From IMG/VR virus record IMGVR_UViG_3300005323_000021: 41,798 nt of DNA. The stretch is one strand, 5' to 3'. Source of the stretch: a virus. Shown here one piece after another: positions 6,736 to 15,543 of the stretch. Below the pieces are notes generated by a model. The model did no database searches. It had not been told where the DNA came from and saw only the letters and a program-made list of their open reading frames with translations. Every line of letters begins with the position of its first letter. Position 1 is the stretch's first letter. A program made the position numbers and the translations under genes.

Positions 6736-6960
6736 TTAAATGATGGTTTTACGGTACTTGCTCGCAGGCTCAAACCGGGGCACGGCATTGATAGCCTGCC
6801 GGATCTCATCGTGAGTGTGCCGGCCAGCGTTGCAATGGAATATGATCTGACCAGAGCCTTGCAATGTAGCACAACCCCGGGCTACGAGTTCGGCCCTGGC
6901 GCCTGGCAATTTTGCAGAGCAACAGACACACGTATGGACCGGAGCGTATTTGCCACTCAT
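6736..6960 (-). CDS. Cys-rich protein, paralog family C (copy 1)
   Basis: MSGKYAPVHTCVCCSAKLP...IIFHCNAGRHTHDEIRQAINAVPRF shares C--CSA-LP ... HC-AG-RH ... AVPRF with the 41234..41437 product. The ATG at 6960 forms ATGA with the upstream stop. Confidence 0.6.
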   Translation of the reverse strand: MSGKYAPVHTCVCCSAKLPGARAELVARGCATLQGSGQIIFHCNAGRHTHDEIRQAINAVPRFEPASKYRKTII

Positions 6961-7115
6961 CGCTTCCACCACCACGGGCACCCGAACACCGCAACGTATA
7001 CCCGCTCGATCCAGCCAATGTGATGCTGCGCTCCACCCTCACCGTAGATATGCGGGCCGCTGGTGCAGTACCATTTTGGAGCGTGGCGACGGGCGCAATT
7101 GCCGCAAGTTTTCAT
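6957..7115 (-). CDS. Cys-rich miniprotein (52 aa)
   Basis: MKTCGNCARRHAPKWYCTSGPHIYGEGG... The ATG at 7115 forms ATGA with the upstream stop. Confidence 0.45.
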   Translation of the reverse strand: MKTCGNCARRHAPKWYCTSGPHIYGEGGAQHHIGWIERVYVAVFGCPWWWKR

Positions 7116-7312
7116 TTCAACTTCTCCTGATCCTGATATGCAACCCAGCACCGGCAATTGATGGGTTCAATCGCATCAATCTCGTGAATCTTTCCGCATC
7201 TGTGGCAAACTCTGGTTTTAGTGGGCCAATCTCCAAACCCTATTGACTCGTGCCATTCTGACCATTTGTGACCAAAGAAACGACATATCAGTCTGTTTAT
7301 CCATGCCATCAT
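7112..7312 (-). CDS. Cys/His-rich miniprotein (66 aa)
   Basis: FGHKWSEWHE...CHRCGKIHE...CRC has a zinc-finger-like pattern. Confidence 0.5.
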   Translation of the reverse strand: MMAWINRLICRFFGHKWSEWHESIGFGDWPTKTRVCHRCGKIHEIDAIEPINCRCWVAYQDQEKLK

Positions 7313-7470
7313 CGCAGCACCCTCACAGCCTCATCGACACTCACGAGCGGCACACCCGGTATCTCTCCGCGTACCCTGGCAACATACCGCCTGCTCCCTT
7401 CAACGTTGCTTACTTGCCCGGCCCTGCACTGGTAGCGGCGATTCCCGGAACTATTCCGATAGTGGCTCAT
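7309..7470 (-). CDS. Possible basic miniprotein (53 aa)
   Basis: Manual translation gives MSHYRNSSGNRRYQCRAGQVSNVEGSRRYVARVRGEIPGVPLVSVDEAVRVLR, ending in ATGA with the next gene. Weak call. Confidence 0.3.
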   Translation of the reverse strand: MSHYRNSSGNRRYQCRAGQVSNVEGSRRYVARVRGEIPGVPLVSVDEAVRVLR

Positions 7471-7563
7471 TCCGGTCCGCGCTCCTTTGGCTCTGGCTGT
7501 GCGAGACGGAGAGATTTATCCCATTCGTCATCAGATGCAGACGGTTCCGAAAATTGATCGTGA

Positions 7564-8100
7564 TTAATCACAATCGTACCCCTTAGAATACATCCACCTA
7601 ACAAGCGCCGCAACGGAAATTGTTCCGAACTCGCATCCCTTGCGGCTATCTGCATTTTCTATGAACTTTTGAAGATCTTTTAGAAGGTCCTCTCTTTCCG
7701 CTTTCGTGGCCTGTGCTCCTATGTTGGCGTCGTGCTCTGCTGATTGCGACTGATAGATACACTCCTCGCATGGTGGCCGTGGCCGGTCCCCCGCCTTTTT
7801 CACGGCTTCCCGCTTCTTCCGGTCCTCAAGAGGACACGACCGCATATAGCAGCACAACGCCCCGGACAGCTTGCACTTGTTGCCGAGCACCTGCTGGACA
7901 ATCACGTGATCACAGAGGATGCAGGCTTTGTGATCGAATGGCGGAATAGGATCAGGATCGCTCTGCCGCATCTGCTCTTTCAGCGAGGGCTGCATAGGTG
8001 CATCTGTCACCGGAAGGCTGCCCGGCTGTGCGCAGAACTTGTTATAGTTCGGCTCACCCTTGCGGGGCTGTGTGAGTGGGCGCGGATTTTTGGCAGTCAT
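7564..8100 (-). CDS. Hypothetical Cys-rich protein (178 aa)
   Basis: Co-directional ORF, ATGA-coupled to the upstream gene. Confidence 0.6.
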   Translation of the reverse strand: MTAKNPRPLTQPRKGEPNYNKFCAQPGSLPVTDAPMQPSLKEQMRQSDPDPIPPFDHKACILCDHVIVQQVLGNKCKLSGALCCYMRSCPLEDRKKREAVKKAGDRPRPPCEECIYQSQSAEHDANIGAQATKAEREDLLKDLQKFIENADSRKGCEFGTISVAALVRWMYSKGYDCD

Positions 8101-8957
8101 GATACACCCCTTGCCGGTAGTGCTGTCTGGATCGATGCCAGTTTCCCCCGGACCAGTTGCACCGCATCCGGGGAATACCGGATCCTGGTCTCTTCATACA
8201 TCCGGTGCGGCGCTTCCGGCGTCACCGTGAACAGCTTAGCGAACCGATGACCATACTTTGTGAGGACCATATGAGTGTTCTGATACCCAATTATCCCTTC
8301 ATCAACAAGGATCTTCCGGGCATCCGGCTCACTGCACGCACAGAAATGCGACAATTTCCGCAATGAGATATATCGCTCGTAATCAGGATCGGCTGCCGGA
8401 CCGCTTGCAGGAGCGGGGAGCATCGGAGCGTCATCTGGGATATCAGCCGGACCAACGAGCGCCCGGTATGGCATCAGGTCCGGGAATTTATCGATCGCTG
8501 TTGCCATCACTACCTTTTGAGCAACGGGGAGATCAACTCCCCATTCGTCAGCCAGTACCCGGGCCTGCCTGCCATACTCTGTAAGGATGCCGGATAGGGC
8601 CGGATGGTTGTTCGCAGTAATTTGCAGATTCCCCCCTTCAAGTTTTGAGAGGATGCTTTTCCGCATTTCCAAGAATCCCGGAAGTTTAGCCGGATCTTTT
8701 GGGGTTTTCATAAACAGGAACAGATCGTCTAACCCTTCCCGCGTGATGCATTGCGTCTCCTGATTCCCCCCGGCCGTATGGAGTGAGAGCGAGAGGGTAG
8801 AAGGTGACAATGTATCCTTATGGCTTCGGATGAGACCCGATAAACCCTGCCGGGTATACCCCATCATTTCCGCGATATCGTTGACCGGCACGACCGGCCC
8901 GATCGGAGAATCTATGATACGGAGATCCGCGATCATTTCCTGAACCCCCGCTCGCAC
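8097..8957 (-). CDS. Putative DNA-binding protein with a Bro-N/Rha-like N-terminal domain (antirepressor-like)
   Basis: VPVNDIAEMMGYTRQGLSGLIRSHKD...GGNQETQCITREGLDDLFLF resembles phage Bro-N/Rha-type domains. The assignment is weak; the coding call is solid. Confidence 0.4.
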   Translation of the reverse strand: MRAGVQEMIADLRIIDSPIGPVVPVNDIAEMMGYTRQGLSGLIRSHKDTLSPSTLSLSLHTAGGNQETQCITREGLDDLFLFMKTPKDPAKLPGFLEMRKSILSKLEGGNLQITANNHPALSGILTEYGRQARVLADEWGVDLPVAQKVVMATAIDKFPDLMPYRALVGPADIPDDAPMLPAPASGPAADPDYERYISLRKLSHFCACSEPDARKILVDEGIIGYQNTHMVLTKYGHRFAKLFTVTPEAPHRMYEETRIRYSPDAVQLVRGKLASIQTALPARGVS

Positions 8958-9073
8958 ATCTCATGATCGATGTTCCAATCACAACTCCCACTATGGGGAT
9001 TATAGCAGGTGCAGCACGCCACACCGTCAGAACGCACGACGCGGGAGGGGCAATCTACGAATGTCTGGATCAT
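8933..9073 (-). CDS. Cys-rich miniprotein (46 aa)
   Basis: MIQTFVDCPSRVVRSDGVACCTCYNPHSGSCDWNIDHEMCERGFRK. The ATG at 9073 forms ATGA with the upstream stop. Confidence 0.4.
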   Translation of the reverse strand: MIQTFVDCPSRVVRSDGVACCTCYNPHSGSCDWNIDHEMCERGFRK

Positions 9074-9219
9074 GAGTCCACCTGCGATTGTTTGCACCTC
9101 AATATCCACCCACAAGGGCACAACGGATCATTGAGTTTTCCCGGGAGTCCTATGGCCCCGAAACATCCGGGTTTGTTCCCATACTCTGTATCACATTCGG
9201 AATAGTGATTGGTGTTCAT
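9070..9219 (-). CDS. Cys-rich miniprotein (49 aa)
   Basis: MNTNHYSECDTEYGNKPGCFGAIGLPGKLNDPLCPCGWILRCKQSQVDS. A GGAGGG lies 8 nt upstream of the ATG. First gene after an intergenic gap. Confidence 0.45.
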   Translation of the reverse strand: MNTNHYSECDTEYGNKPGCFGAIGLPGKLNDPLCPCGWILRCKQSQVDS

Positions 9220-9246
9220 ACCGGAACCCTCCAGCACGATGCACTA

Positions 9247-9254
9247 ATATTATA
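9247..9254 (-). promoter_or_regulatory. A/T box (TATAATAT on the minus strand), candidate promoter element
   Basis: Lies 27 nt upstream of the ATG at 9219. Confidence 0.3.
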
Positions 9255-9494
9255 CTTTAGTCTCTGCTTCGGGCAGGGAAATTCATCCCTGTCTTGAAAC
9301 ACATAATCACAAAAGACCCTTGATCCGGCACGGTCTGAATTTAAACCGGGGCATTTACAAGTTTTTGCCATGCAGTAATGTTATCTTATAGATACTTAAA
9401 ACTACCTTAAAATAGGTTATGATTTAGAGGTAATCAAACAGGATATTGTTGATCTCCGTTTCCGGTTCGCATACGGAGCACTGGTAGACGGTCA

Positions 9495-10097
9495 TCATGC
9501 ACGCTCCATAATTTCATCAGGGTCGTATACTCCGGACACACTGAACGCTTTTCGCAGGCAAACTGATTCCGCCACCTTGATTAGCATCACTGATGGTTTG
9601 GTCTGCCAGAGCCCTTTATATCCGCTTTTCGGGATAGGCTGGACGTACTCATCGAACCGGACCTCGGTCTTGAAGGAGTGCGTCATATCCTTACGCCAGA
9701 TCTCACACCACGCGGTAACGGGGACCTCTTTCCCCTCTTTATCCTTCACGTAGTTAACACCGGAGTTCATCCCGTCGAATTGTCCTGATCTGTGAGCTAT
9801 TGCCAGCATCCCGTCACGCCCTACCATGATCAGGGCGGCGTCGCGTTCGTTGCGCTTGATCGCCCAAATCTGTTTGACCAGGGGGTCCAGACCGTATGTT
9901 TTCGCCATGTACATCATCAGCTTGAACTCGGGCTCAGTACAGTCTTTGGCGATCACATTGCGGAGAAGGATCATTTCATCGTTGGAATACTTCGGTGCTA
10001 GTGCCACGGTATCTGTTGGCACGATTGCCGCCGGGATAATAGCCGGTGCGTCTTCAGGTTCCTGCTTTGGCGGGATCTCAATATAACTCTGGGTCAT
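9495..10097 (-). CDS. recT: RecT/Bet-family single-strand annealing recombinase
   Basis: YGLDPLVKQIWAIKR...IMVGRDGMLAIAHRSGQFDG...WCEIWRKD is the typical RecT/Bet core. Confidence 0.75.
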   Translation of the reverse strand: MTQSYIEIPPKQEPEDAPAIIPAAIVPTDTVALAPKYSNDEMILLRNVIAKDCTEPEFKLMMYMAKTYGLDPLVKQIWAIKRNERDAALIMVGRDGMLAIAHRSGQFDGMNSGVNYVKDKEGKEVPVTAWCEIWRKDMTHSFKTEVRFDEYVQPIPKSGYKGLWQTKPSVMLIKVAESVCLRKAFSVSGVYDPDEIMERA

Positions 10098-10318
10098 GAT
10101 TCACCGTCCACTGTGATGATCGTTACCGGCCCGTGATATGCCTCAAGATCCTCCATTCCAAACGGCACCTCCTTCTGGATCTGGTATCGTTCCCCCTTCT
10201 TCACCGAATACCGGGACACTCTTTCCCGACTCACCAATGCCGTGATAAGTTCCTCTGTCGAAACATCTGATAGGTATTCCTGCCGCGTTTCCGCGTCCAG
10301 TTCGCTCATATAACTCAC
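10094..10318 (-). CDS. Hypothetical protein (74 aa)
   Basis: ATGA-coupled co-directional ORF. Confidence 0.55.
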   Translation of the reverse strand: MSYMSELDAETRQEYLSDVSTEELITALVSRERVSRYSVKKGERYQIQKEVPFGMEDLEAYHGPVTIITVDGES

Positions 10319-10767
10319 TTTCGCACCACCTGATACTGATCCGGTGACTGTGTTACCGTCACCACACCGGGCGCGTTGTTCAGCACCACGGGCTTGATCA
10401 ACTTGTCAGCAACCCCCAACGGCACCTTTTCACCCGCGTGCGCGATCTTCTCGTTGAGATCCCGGACCTCGATCTGCTTGATCATCTCATATTCGGCGGG
10501 GAAAACTTCGCGGAACTTCTCTGGATTGATCGCCCTGACGATACGGCCCGCTTTCCGATCCAGCCTGCAATTCTCATCCTCTGCGATCTGTTCCTGTATT
10601 GCGTAGTTCAACGCCTCGGTGCGCTTCTGCATGAGATCCGCGATCTGGTCCTGCAATAGTGCGATCTGCCCGTCAATATCCCATACGCGGGTGAGCGGGT
10701 TGATAATCACGGTTGGCGGCAGCGGGCAGTCTATGAGGCTGCGCTGTTCCTCTTTGGTGCCCATCAC
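10315..10767 (-). CDS. Hypothetical coiled-coil protein (150 aa)
   Basis: Co-directional ORF just upstream of the 74-aa and RecT genes. N-terminal heptad-like segment (IALLQDQIADLMQKRTEALNYAIQEQI). Confidence 0.55.
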   Translation of the reverse strand: MMGTKEEQRSLIDCPLPPTVIINPLTRVWDIDGQIALLQDQIADLMQKRTEALNYAIQEQIAEDENCRLDRKAGRIVRAINPEKFREVFPAEYEMIKQIEVRDLNEKIAHAGEKVPLGVADKLIKPVVLNNAPGVVTVTQSPDQYQVVRK

Positions 10768-11072
10768 AATCCCCCCGTTACCTTTTCCCGTGCTGCAATC
10801 GCTTCCGTCAGTGCGTCCCGGAGTCCCTTCGCCTCGTCAATGGATAGATGATAGTTCGCGGATCCCATGTTGAACCGGGGATTCAGCATAAACGAGTGGT
10901 TCTCACTCCCGCGTCCGGCGAACGCACAGACCCCGATGCTGTTTCCACTTGTCCAAGTGATCTCACGATCATAGATCATCTTCATTGGTTGCTGTTCCGC
11001 CAGTGCTGCATTCTGTACCGCATCCGCATCGATGATCGGCGCTATCGGCTCCTCTGTGATGGTTGTGGTCAT
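10764..11072 (-). CDS. Hypothetical protein (102 aa)
   Basis: The ATG at 11072 (MTTTITEEP...) forms ATGA with the AbrB-like gene stop. The track ORF extends further 5' without support. Confidence 0.55.
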   Translation of the reverse strand: MTTTITEEPIAPIIDADAVQNAALAEQQPMKMIYDREITWTSGNSIGVCAFAGRGSENHSFMLNPRFNMGSANYHLSIDEAKGLRDALTEAIAAREKVTGGL

Positions 11073-11248
11073 GCTATCTTCTCCAGCACGATCTGCTTTT
11101 TCCCGATCACCGATACCTCTACAGTGTCCCCGCGTTTCCATCCAAGATGCTTGAGCGCATCTTTCGGCAGGGACACCTTGATCGCGGCATTGGGGTTGTT
11201 GCCAGACACGATCTTCATCCTGCTTCGTAGTGGCTGAAAGTTTGCCAT
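11069..11248 (-). CDS. AbrB/SpoVT-type swapped-hairpin transcriptional regulator (59 aa)
   Basis: MANFQPLRSRMKIVSGNNPNAAIKVSLPKDALKHLGWKRGDTVEVSVIGKKQIVLEKIA has the V-LPK---LG-K-GD-V signature. It is the first gene of the leftward early operon. Not in the ORF track. Confidence 0.7.
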   Translation of the reverse strand: MANFQPLRSRMKIVSGNNPNAAIKVSLPKDALKHLGWKRGDTVEVSVIGKKQIVLEKIA

Positions 11249-11337
11249 GCTATATAGTTGTCACTAGTAGTATTTAGGCATTGCTATTTAGTTCTGGATA
11301 GTAAAATATAAATATTGGCACGGGAATACAGTAAAAC
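11249..11337. promoter_or_regulatory. Divergent A/T-rich promoter region (the only strand switch in the genome)
   Basis: AAAATATAAATATT (11303-11316) lies about 22 nt upstream of the + strand ATG at 11338. The same block and a TAAATAC element lie upstream of the AbrB-like gene on the minus strand. Confidence 0.45.
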
Positions 11338-11575
11338 CATGCAAAACAAAGTGAGGATCTTGGTTGCAGCGGCTCTGATCGTTGCATTGCTCGCTGGTGT
11401 GATTATTGGGGCGGAGTGGCAGAAGGTGCAGCCGGTTGATCTGGCTATCGACTGGTACTCTGAAGCGAACGGATCAGCAAACTTTGACGTGTACACGCTT
11501 ACGGAAAATGGGATGGTGACGATTTACCCGGATCGGAACGTCACTTATTACGGGGTTCTGAAGAATCACCCTTAG
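11338..11575 (+). CDS. Small membrane-anchored or secreted protein (78 aa), the only plus-strand gene
   Basis: MQNKVRILVAAALIVALLAGVIIGAEW... has an N-terminal hydrophobic helix. An A/T box sits upstream. The track ORF starts at TTG 11315. Confidence 0.5.
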
Positions 11576-11735
11576 ATATCTCTTTTTTTGGTAATTCGGT
11601 ATTCAGTGCGATAATAACCAGTGCCCGTGCAACCTCTTCAATGGGGAGATCCCCACTTACTAAGTACTCGATGCTCCCTTTCTCATTTGATTTTTCAAAA
11701 ATTGTAAATGATCTGACCATTTCCCCCCCATCCAT
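11541..11735 (-). CDS. Hypothetical protein (64 aa), last gene of the tail operon
   Basis: The start overlaps the stop of the 785-aa gene. The 3' end converges on and overlaps the + strand gene by 35 nt. Confidence 0.4.
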   Translation of the reverse strand: MDGGEMVRSFTIFEKSNEKGSIEYLVSGDLPIEEVARALVIIALNTELPKKEISKGDSSEPRNK

Positions 11736-14092
11736 TAATACAGCGCGTGCGACGTTCCGCCGGCATCTTTCCAGTATAATGTCGTCCCATTCGTCGTGTA
11801 AATCGACCTGTTGTGGGCACTCGCCGACGATATATCTGATGATAACACAACAACTCCATCTATCCAGATATCGCTTTCAGCGGTGATGTCCCCTACTGAA
11901 ATTAGTTCCGTCCCAGCCTCAATGGACCCCACAGCAGTAATGTTTTTAAAATAAGCCCTCCCGTCGTATCCAAGTTGCCACCCCTCAGACCCCGATACAA
12001 AATTTTTCGATTCTATCAAACCGTTAACGGTAATTACCGCGCCCGACCCAATTATTGATGTCGCAATCGTGCCCCTTACAACTACGTTGTTAAACTCAGC
12101 GTCACCGTTGGCCTTAATCTGCCATCCCTCCTCCCCGGGATCATAGTTCCCGCTCTTGATGATGCTATCCCCGCCCGTTGTTCCGAGCGTGATCGTCTTG
12201 GCATTAAGCGTGCTGGTCTTGATGGCATCGGCATCTATGGTATTGGTGGTGATCTTCCCCCCGTTGATCGTGGTGACACCTGCGTTAATATCGGCAGCAG
12301 CCCCACCCGCCTCAATCTTACCGTCCGCGATCTCTTTGGCCTTCGCAGAAATCGCGTTCAAAAGTGCGGTTCTCTCGGCGTAATACTCTCCCCAATAATA
12401 GTCCCATTCTGTCCGCGTTATATCGGTTGTTGCCCCCATATCAGTGAACACTCCCGACAGACCCAAATAATACTCTAGGAACCCGTATTGAGCGTCGTAA
12501 TCCGTAGAGTCAACCGAGAATGCGGTGGCCTGCGCATCTATCGGGGTAACCTCGGCAACGATAATATCCCATTCCGCTTTAATCGCTGGCTTTTCATCGG
12601 GTGTGATCTTCCCATCGTTTGCCATGTCGGACAGGGTACCAAGAGCAGCGGTGGCATCAGCCTGCGCATCAGCAGCGGCACCAGCAGCAGCAGAAGCGTC
12701 AGATATCGCCTGCGCGATATCGGTATCCCGGACCAATACCCACGCGGCCCCGCTCCACCGATACAACTTATTCGCGTCGTCGCTGTCAACCCAGAGATCC
12801 CCGGTATTAACTGCTATTGGCGCCGTATCTTGGCAAAATGTTTGGGTCACTGCAAAATCACAGCCGGTAATCGTGATTGATCCCGCCGTGATGTTACCTC
12901 CGTCAATCGTGGTCTGCCCGGCCGTCCGCCACCCGTCCACCGTGAACGTACCCATGACCGTTACCTGCCCGGCTCCGATCTGTACAGCGATATTGTTGAC
13001 AATCGATGAGGTATCCGCCGATGATGATATCAAGTCTGCAAGGCTCTTGGTAGCGTTGGCGAGTTCCAGGGAGATGTCTTTAGGATCGGATAGGTTTGTC
13101 GTGACCTTCACGATCTTCACGTTGACATTCAAGCCCAATCCCGTGAGCGGATCAATAAGATCGGAGTTCACTACCCGGACGATCTGCCCGACCTCTAGGT
13201 TTTCGAGATCGAAGGTGTGATCCGGGTGTACGGCGAGATTAACTACATCCACGGTATAGGAATAGATCGGGTCTTTGTACTCCGCCAGAACCTTTTGCGC
13301 CCACGCAAGCAGGGTAGAGGGGTGCGTGATGCGCTTATCGGTGATCCGGCGGGGATGAACGCCATACGCCGTTTGGCTGGTTGCATCTTCGATGTACTCC
13401 TCCGCTTCCCCGGCATCAATGAGCGTAACCTGCGCTTCCGTCTCCCCGTAGCCGTACGCGTACAGTTTATTTGTGATCGAAGTGAAATCTCGTTTCCGGG
13501 TGACGCCTTTCATATTTTTTTGATAACGGATCTCTCGGGTCGGACTGCCCGCCGGCTCGTTGTACCAGTTGAAGTGCCGATCCTCATCAACCTCAATATA
13601 CCCTCCGATGTACGATACACACTCCGATACGGCTTTCATAAGGGTGACGTTTTCCACGGCAATGCAAAATGTTGTCGTGGGTTCAATGGTTCCCACGGTG
13701 ATCGATGGGGTGCGTTCCTGCAATGCAAGCAGCGCGGTAATGATTGCCGTGGGGGTGAGCGGAGTTGCGCCGGTATCATACGATACGTTCTCTTCATCGG
13801 TGAGTTGCCCCATTGCCCCGTTGTAATTGCACGCGATTGTTTTGCCCGAAGAGGACCATTGATCGGTCGCATCTTCGAGCACGAACAACCCCTCGAACCG
13901 GCTCTTGATAGTGTTCCAGACCTTGATCTCGTAGGCAGGCGTGATGAACGAGGTTTTGGTGTCATCAGATGGAATTGAAAATGATAGGGCCGGCGCCGCA
14001 TTCGCTTCTTTCGTCAGCGATATATCATACGCTTTTTCAAGATACGCGGCTTTTTCCCCGGCCTGCGTGAATGCCCAAATCTGGTATGCCAT
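11735..14092 (-). CDS. Tal-like tail tip/hub protein with a C-terminal fibre region
   Basis: 785 aa. The N-terminal third resembles siphovirus prophage-tail/Tal proteins. The C-terminal half has fibre-type motifs (GDLWVDSDDANKLYRWSGAAWV, KITPDEKPAIKAEWDII, G/T/I-rich repeats). Confidence 0.65.
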   Translation of the reverse strand: MAYQIWAFTQAGEKAAYLEKAYDISLTKEANAAPALSFSIPSDDTKTSFITPAYEIKVWNTIKSRFEGLFVLEDATDQWSSSGKTIACNYNGAMGQLTDEENVSYDTGATPLTPTAIITALLALQERTPSITVGTIEPTTTFCIAVENVTLMKAVSECVSYIGGYIEVDEDRHFNWYNEPAGSPTREIRYQKNMKGVTRKRDFTSITNKLYAYGYGETEAQVTLIDAGEAEEYIEDATSQTAYGVHPRRITDKRITHPSTLLAWAQKVLAEYKDPIYSYTVDVVNLAVHPDHTFDLENLEVGQIVRVVNSDLIDPLTGLGLNVNVKIVKVTTNLSDPKDISLELANATKSLADLISSSADTSSIVNNIAVQIGAGQVTVMGTFTVDGWRTAGQTTIDGGNITAGSITITGCDFAVTQTFCQDTAPIAVNTGDLWVDSDDANKLYRWSGAAWVLVRDTDIAQAISDASAAAGAAADAQADATAALGTLSDMANDGKITPDEKPAIKAEWDIIVAEVTPIDAQATAFSVDSTDYDAQYGFLEYYLGLSGVFTDMGATTDITRTEWDYYWGEYYAERTALLNAISAKAKEIADGKIEAGGAAADINAGVTTINGGKITTNTIDADAIKTSTLNAKTITLGTTGGDSIIKSGNYDPGEEGWQIKANGDAEFNNVVVRGTIATSIIGSGAVITVNGLIESKNFVSGSEGWQLGYDGRAYFKNITAVGSIEAGTELISVGDITAESDIWIDGVVVLSSDISSASAHNRSIYTTNGTTLYWKDAGGTSHALY

Positions 14093-14094
14093 AT

Positions 14095-14400
14095 TCAGCC
14101 CTGTTTTTTGCAGTCTGTCCCGTCAAATGAGATGGCCGCCGCCTGCGCCCACCTCATGATCTCCGTCTCCTGCGCTGCCAGATACTGTTTGATCTCGGTA
14201 AGTGACCCGCTCCCGATATCCCCGAGATCGAGTTGCCAGGGCATCCGTTTCTCCGAGTAATTATAACTCGTTCTGGGTTTCCCGCACATGGGGTCTTCGG
14301 TTGTCACTTTCACGACATTCCAGCGTACGCGAAGATCGCAGACGCCATTAGTGATGCTGTCAAGCATAATGGGTTCCGGTTTGGTGTTTGAATTTGGCAT
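14095..14400 (-). CDS. Hypothetical protein (101 aa) immediately downstream of the DGR RT
   Basis: Co-directional ORF. Not obviously helical or basic, so not Avd-like. Confidence 0.55.
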   Translation of the reverse strand: MPNSNTKPEPIMLDSITNGVCDLRVRWNVVKVTTEDPMCGKPRTSYNYSEKRMPWQLDLGDIGSGSLTEIKQYLAAQETEIMRWAQAAAISFDGTDCKKQG

Positions 14401-14401
14401 T

Positions 14402-15406
14402 TTAACCTCCTAATGGTACTGCCAGGGCCGGCACTACATACTTTTGAGCGAGCCGGTGGCTGTCGCACCATTTCAGCCAGCCGTGATAACTGCTCACCAC
14501 ATTTCTGTCGTGGCGGGTTGCTGTGCTGAACCTCCTGATCCGGGTAAGTTTCCGTTTCAGATTTTTTGCGGTCGTCTTTCTCAACAGGGTGTAGTGCCCG
14601 AAGCACCGATACCCGACAAAATCAATCCCCCGCACGAATGTTGGGAATACCTGCCAGTTCTCTTTGATTTTTAAGGACAAATTCTCCTGAAGGTATTGCT
14701 CGATCCTCCCGTGCAGCTCGTGCAGGAGGGTTTTGTCGTGGTGCAGGATCACCATATCGTCACAATATCGGTAATAAAAGTCAATGTGCTCGGACTCTTT
14801 GAGCCAGTGATCGAAGTCGTTCAGGTACAGGTTCCCAAAGAACTGTGATAGGTAGTTCCCAATCGGGACCCCATCGGCACTGTCAATCACGTTGTCCAGG
14901 AGTGCGAGCACATCGGGATCCTTGATCTTATGCCGGACCGTTGCCTTCAGGATGTCGTGATTGATCGACGGGTAAAATTTCTTGATGTCGAGTTTCAGGC
15001 AGTATTTTGTTGCCTGCCTGTCTTTCAAGTCACTGCGCAGTGTCCACAATGCCTTATGGATCCCCCGGTTTTTGAGACTTGAATAGGTCCTTGTTATCAA
15101 GGTGTTCATCCAGATCGGTTCAAGGACTTGCACGACCCCCCACTGGATTATCCTGTCGGGATAATAGGGCAAAACAAAGATTTCCCGTTCTTTCGTCCGG
15201 TCGAATTTCTTGAACGTCTTATATTTTGATGTGCGGTATGTTTTGCTTACGAGCAATTCCCTGACATTCCCGAGATATCGTTCCGGATCGGCATCGACCA
15301 TCCGGACTTCGTGGTAATGGGTTTTGCCTTTTCGCGCGTTGGCGTGAGCCCGGGCTATGTTTTTAGGATCGCAAATTTTATCAAAGAGATACCCATACCG
15401 TTTCAT
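14402..15406 (-). CDS. DGR-type reverse transcriptase
   Basis: RT motifs occur in order: LPYYPDRIIQWGVVQVL, LDIKKFYPSINHDIL, GVPIGNYLSQFFGNLYLNDFDH (the DGR-typical IGxxxSQ), YYRYCDDMVIL (YxDD) and GIDFVGY. At 334 aa it has no maturase or endonuclease domains. Confidence 0.9.
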   Translation of the reverse strand: MKRYGYLFDKICDPKNIARAHANARKGKTHYHEVRMVDADPERYLGNVRELLVSKTYRTSKYKTFKKFDRTKEREIFVLPYYPDRIIQWGVVQVLEPIWMNTLITRTYSSLKNRGIHKALWTLRSDLKDRQATKYCLKLDIKKFYPSINHDILKATVRHKIKDPDVLALLDNVIDSADGVPIGNYLSQFFGNLYLNDFDHWLKESEHIDFYYRYCDDMVILHHDKTLLHELHGRIEQYLQENLSLKIKENWQVFPTFVRGIDFVGYRCFGHYTLLRKTTAKNLKRKLTRIRRFSTATRHDRNVVSSYHGWLKWCDSHRLAQKYVVPALAVPLGG

Positions 15407-15543
15407 ATGGGCATCCTTCTTTGTAGGCCAACCGAGCGTTCGAAGTATCCGGGGGTGATAGATACCCTACCAGCACGGGGTTTTTCGTTGTTCTGTTTTG
15501 CCAAGAGGCAAGGTTTTGCGGGGTTACAAAATGATAATACAAA

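Noticed and set aside
9220-9494. 275-bp intergenic region downstream of RecT, scanned for a tRNA or small RNA. Also a 23-aa ORF (MTVYQCSVCEPETEINNILFDYL).
   Set aside because: No cloverleaf-compatible sequence is present (no GTTCGAATC-like T-arm or matching acceptor stems). The ORF is too short to support without comparative data. The region probably holds only a promoter and terminator.
10315-10767. The coiled-coil protein upstream of RecT, considered as a Mu Gam-like or exonuclease partner.
   Set aside because: Only the general coiled-coil character matches. No conserved Gam or exonuclease motifs could be aligned by eye, so it is left as hypothetical.
12525-13978. Long plus-strand ORFs antisense to tail genes (12525..13220 and 13217..13978; similarly 16140..16898, 19135..19920 and 35763..36547).
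   Set aside because: They are fully contained in much longer minus-strand genes with recognisable phage-protein features. They have Ser/Arg/Pro-rich, low-complexity translations typical of antisense frames, and no promoter or RBS context.
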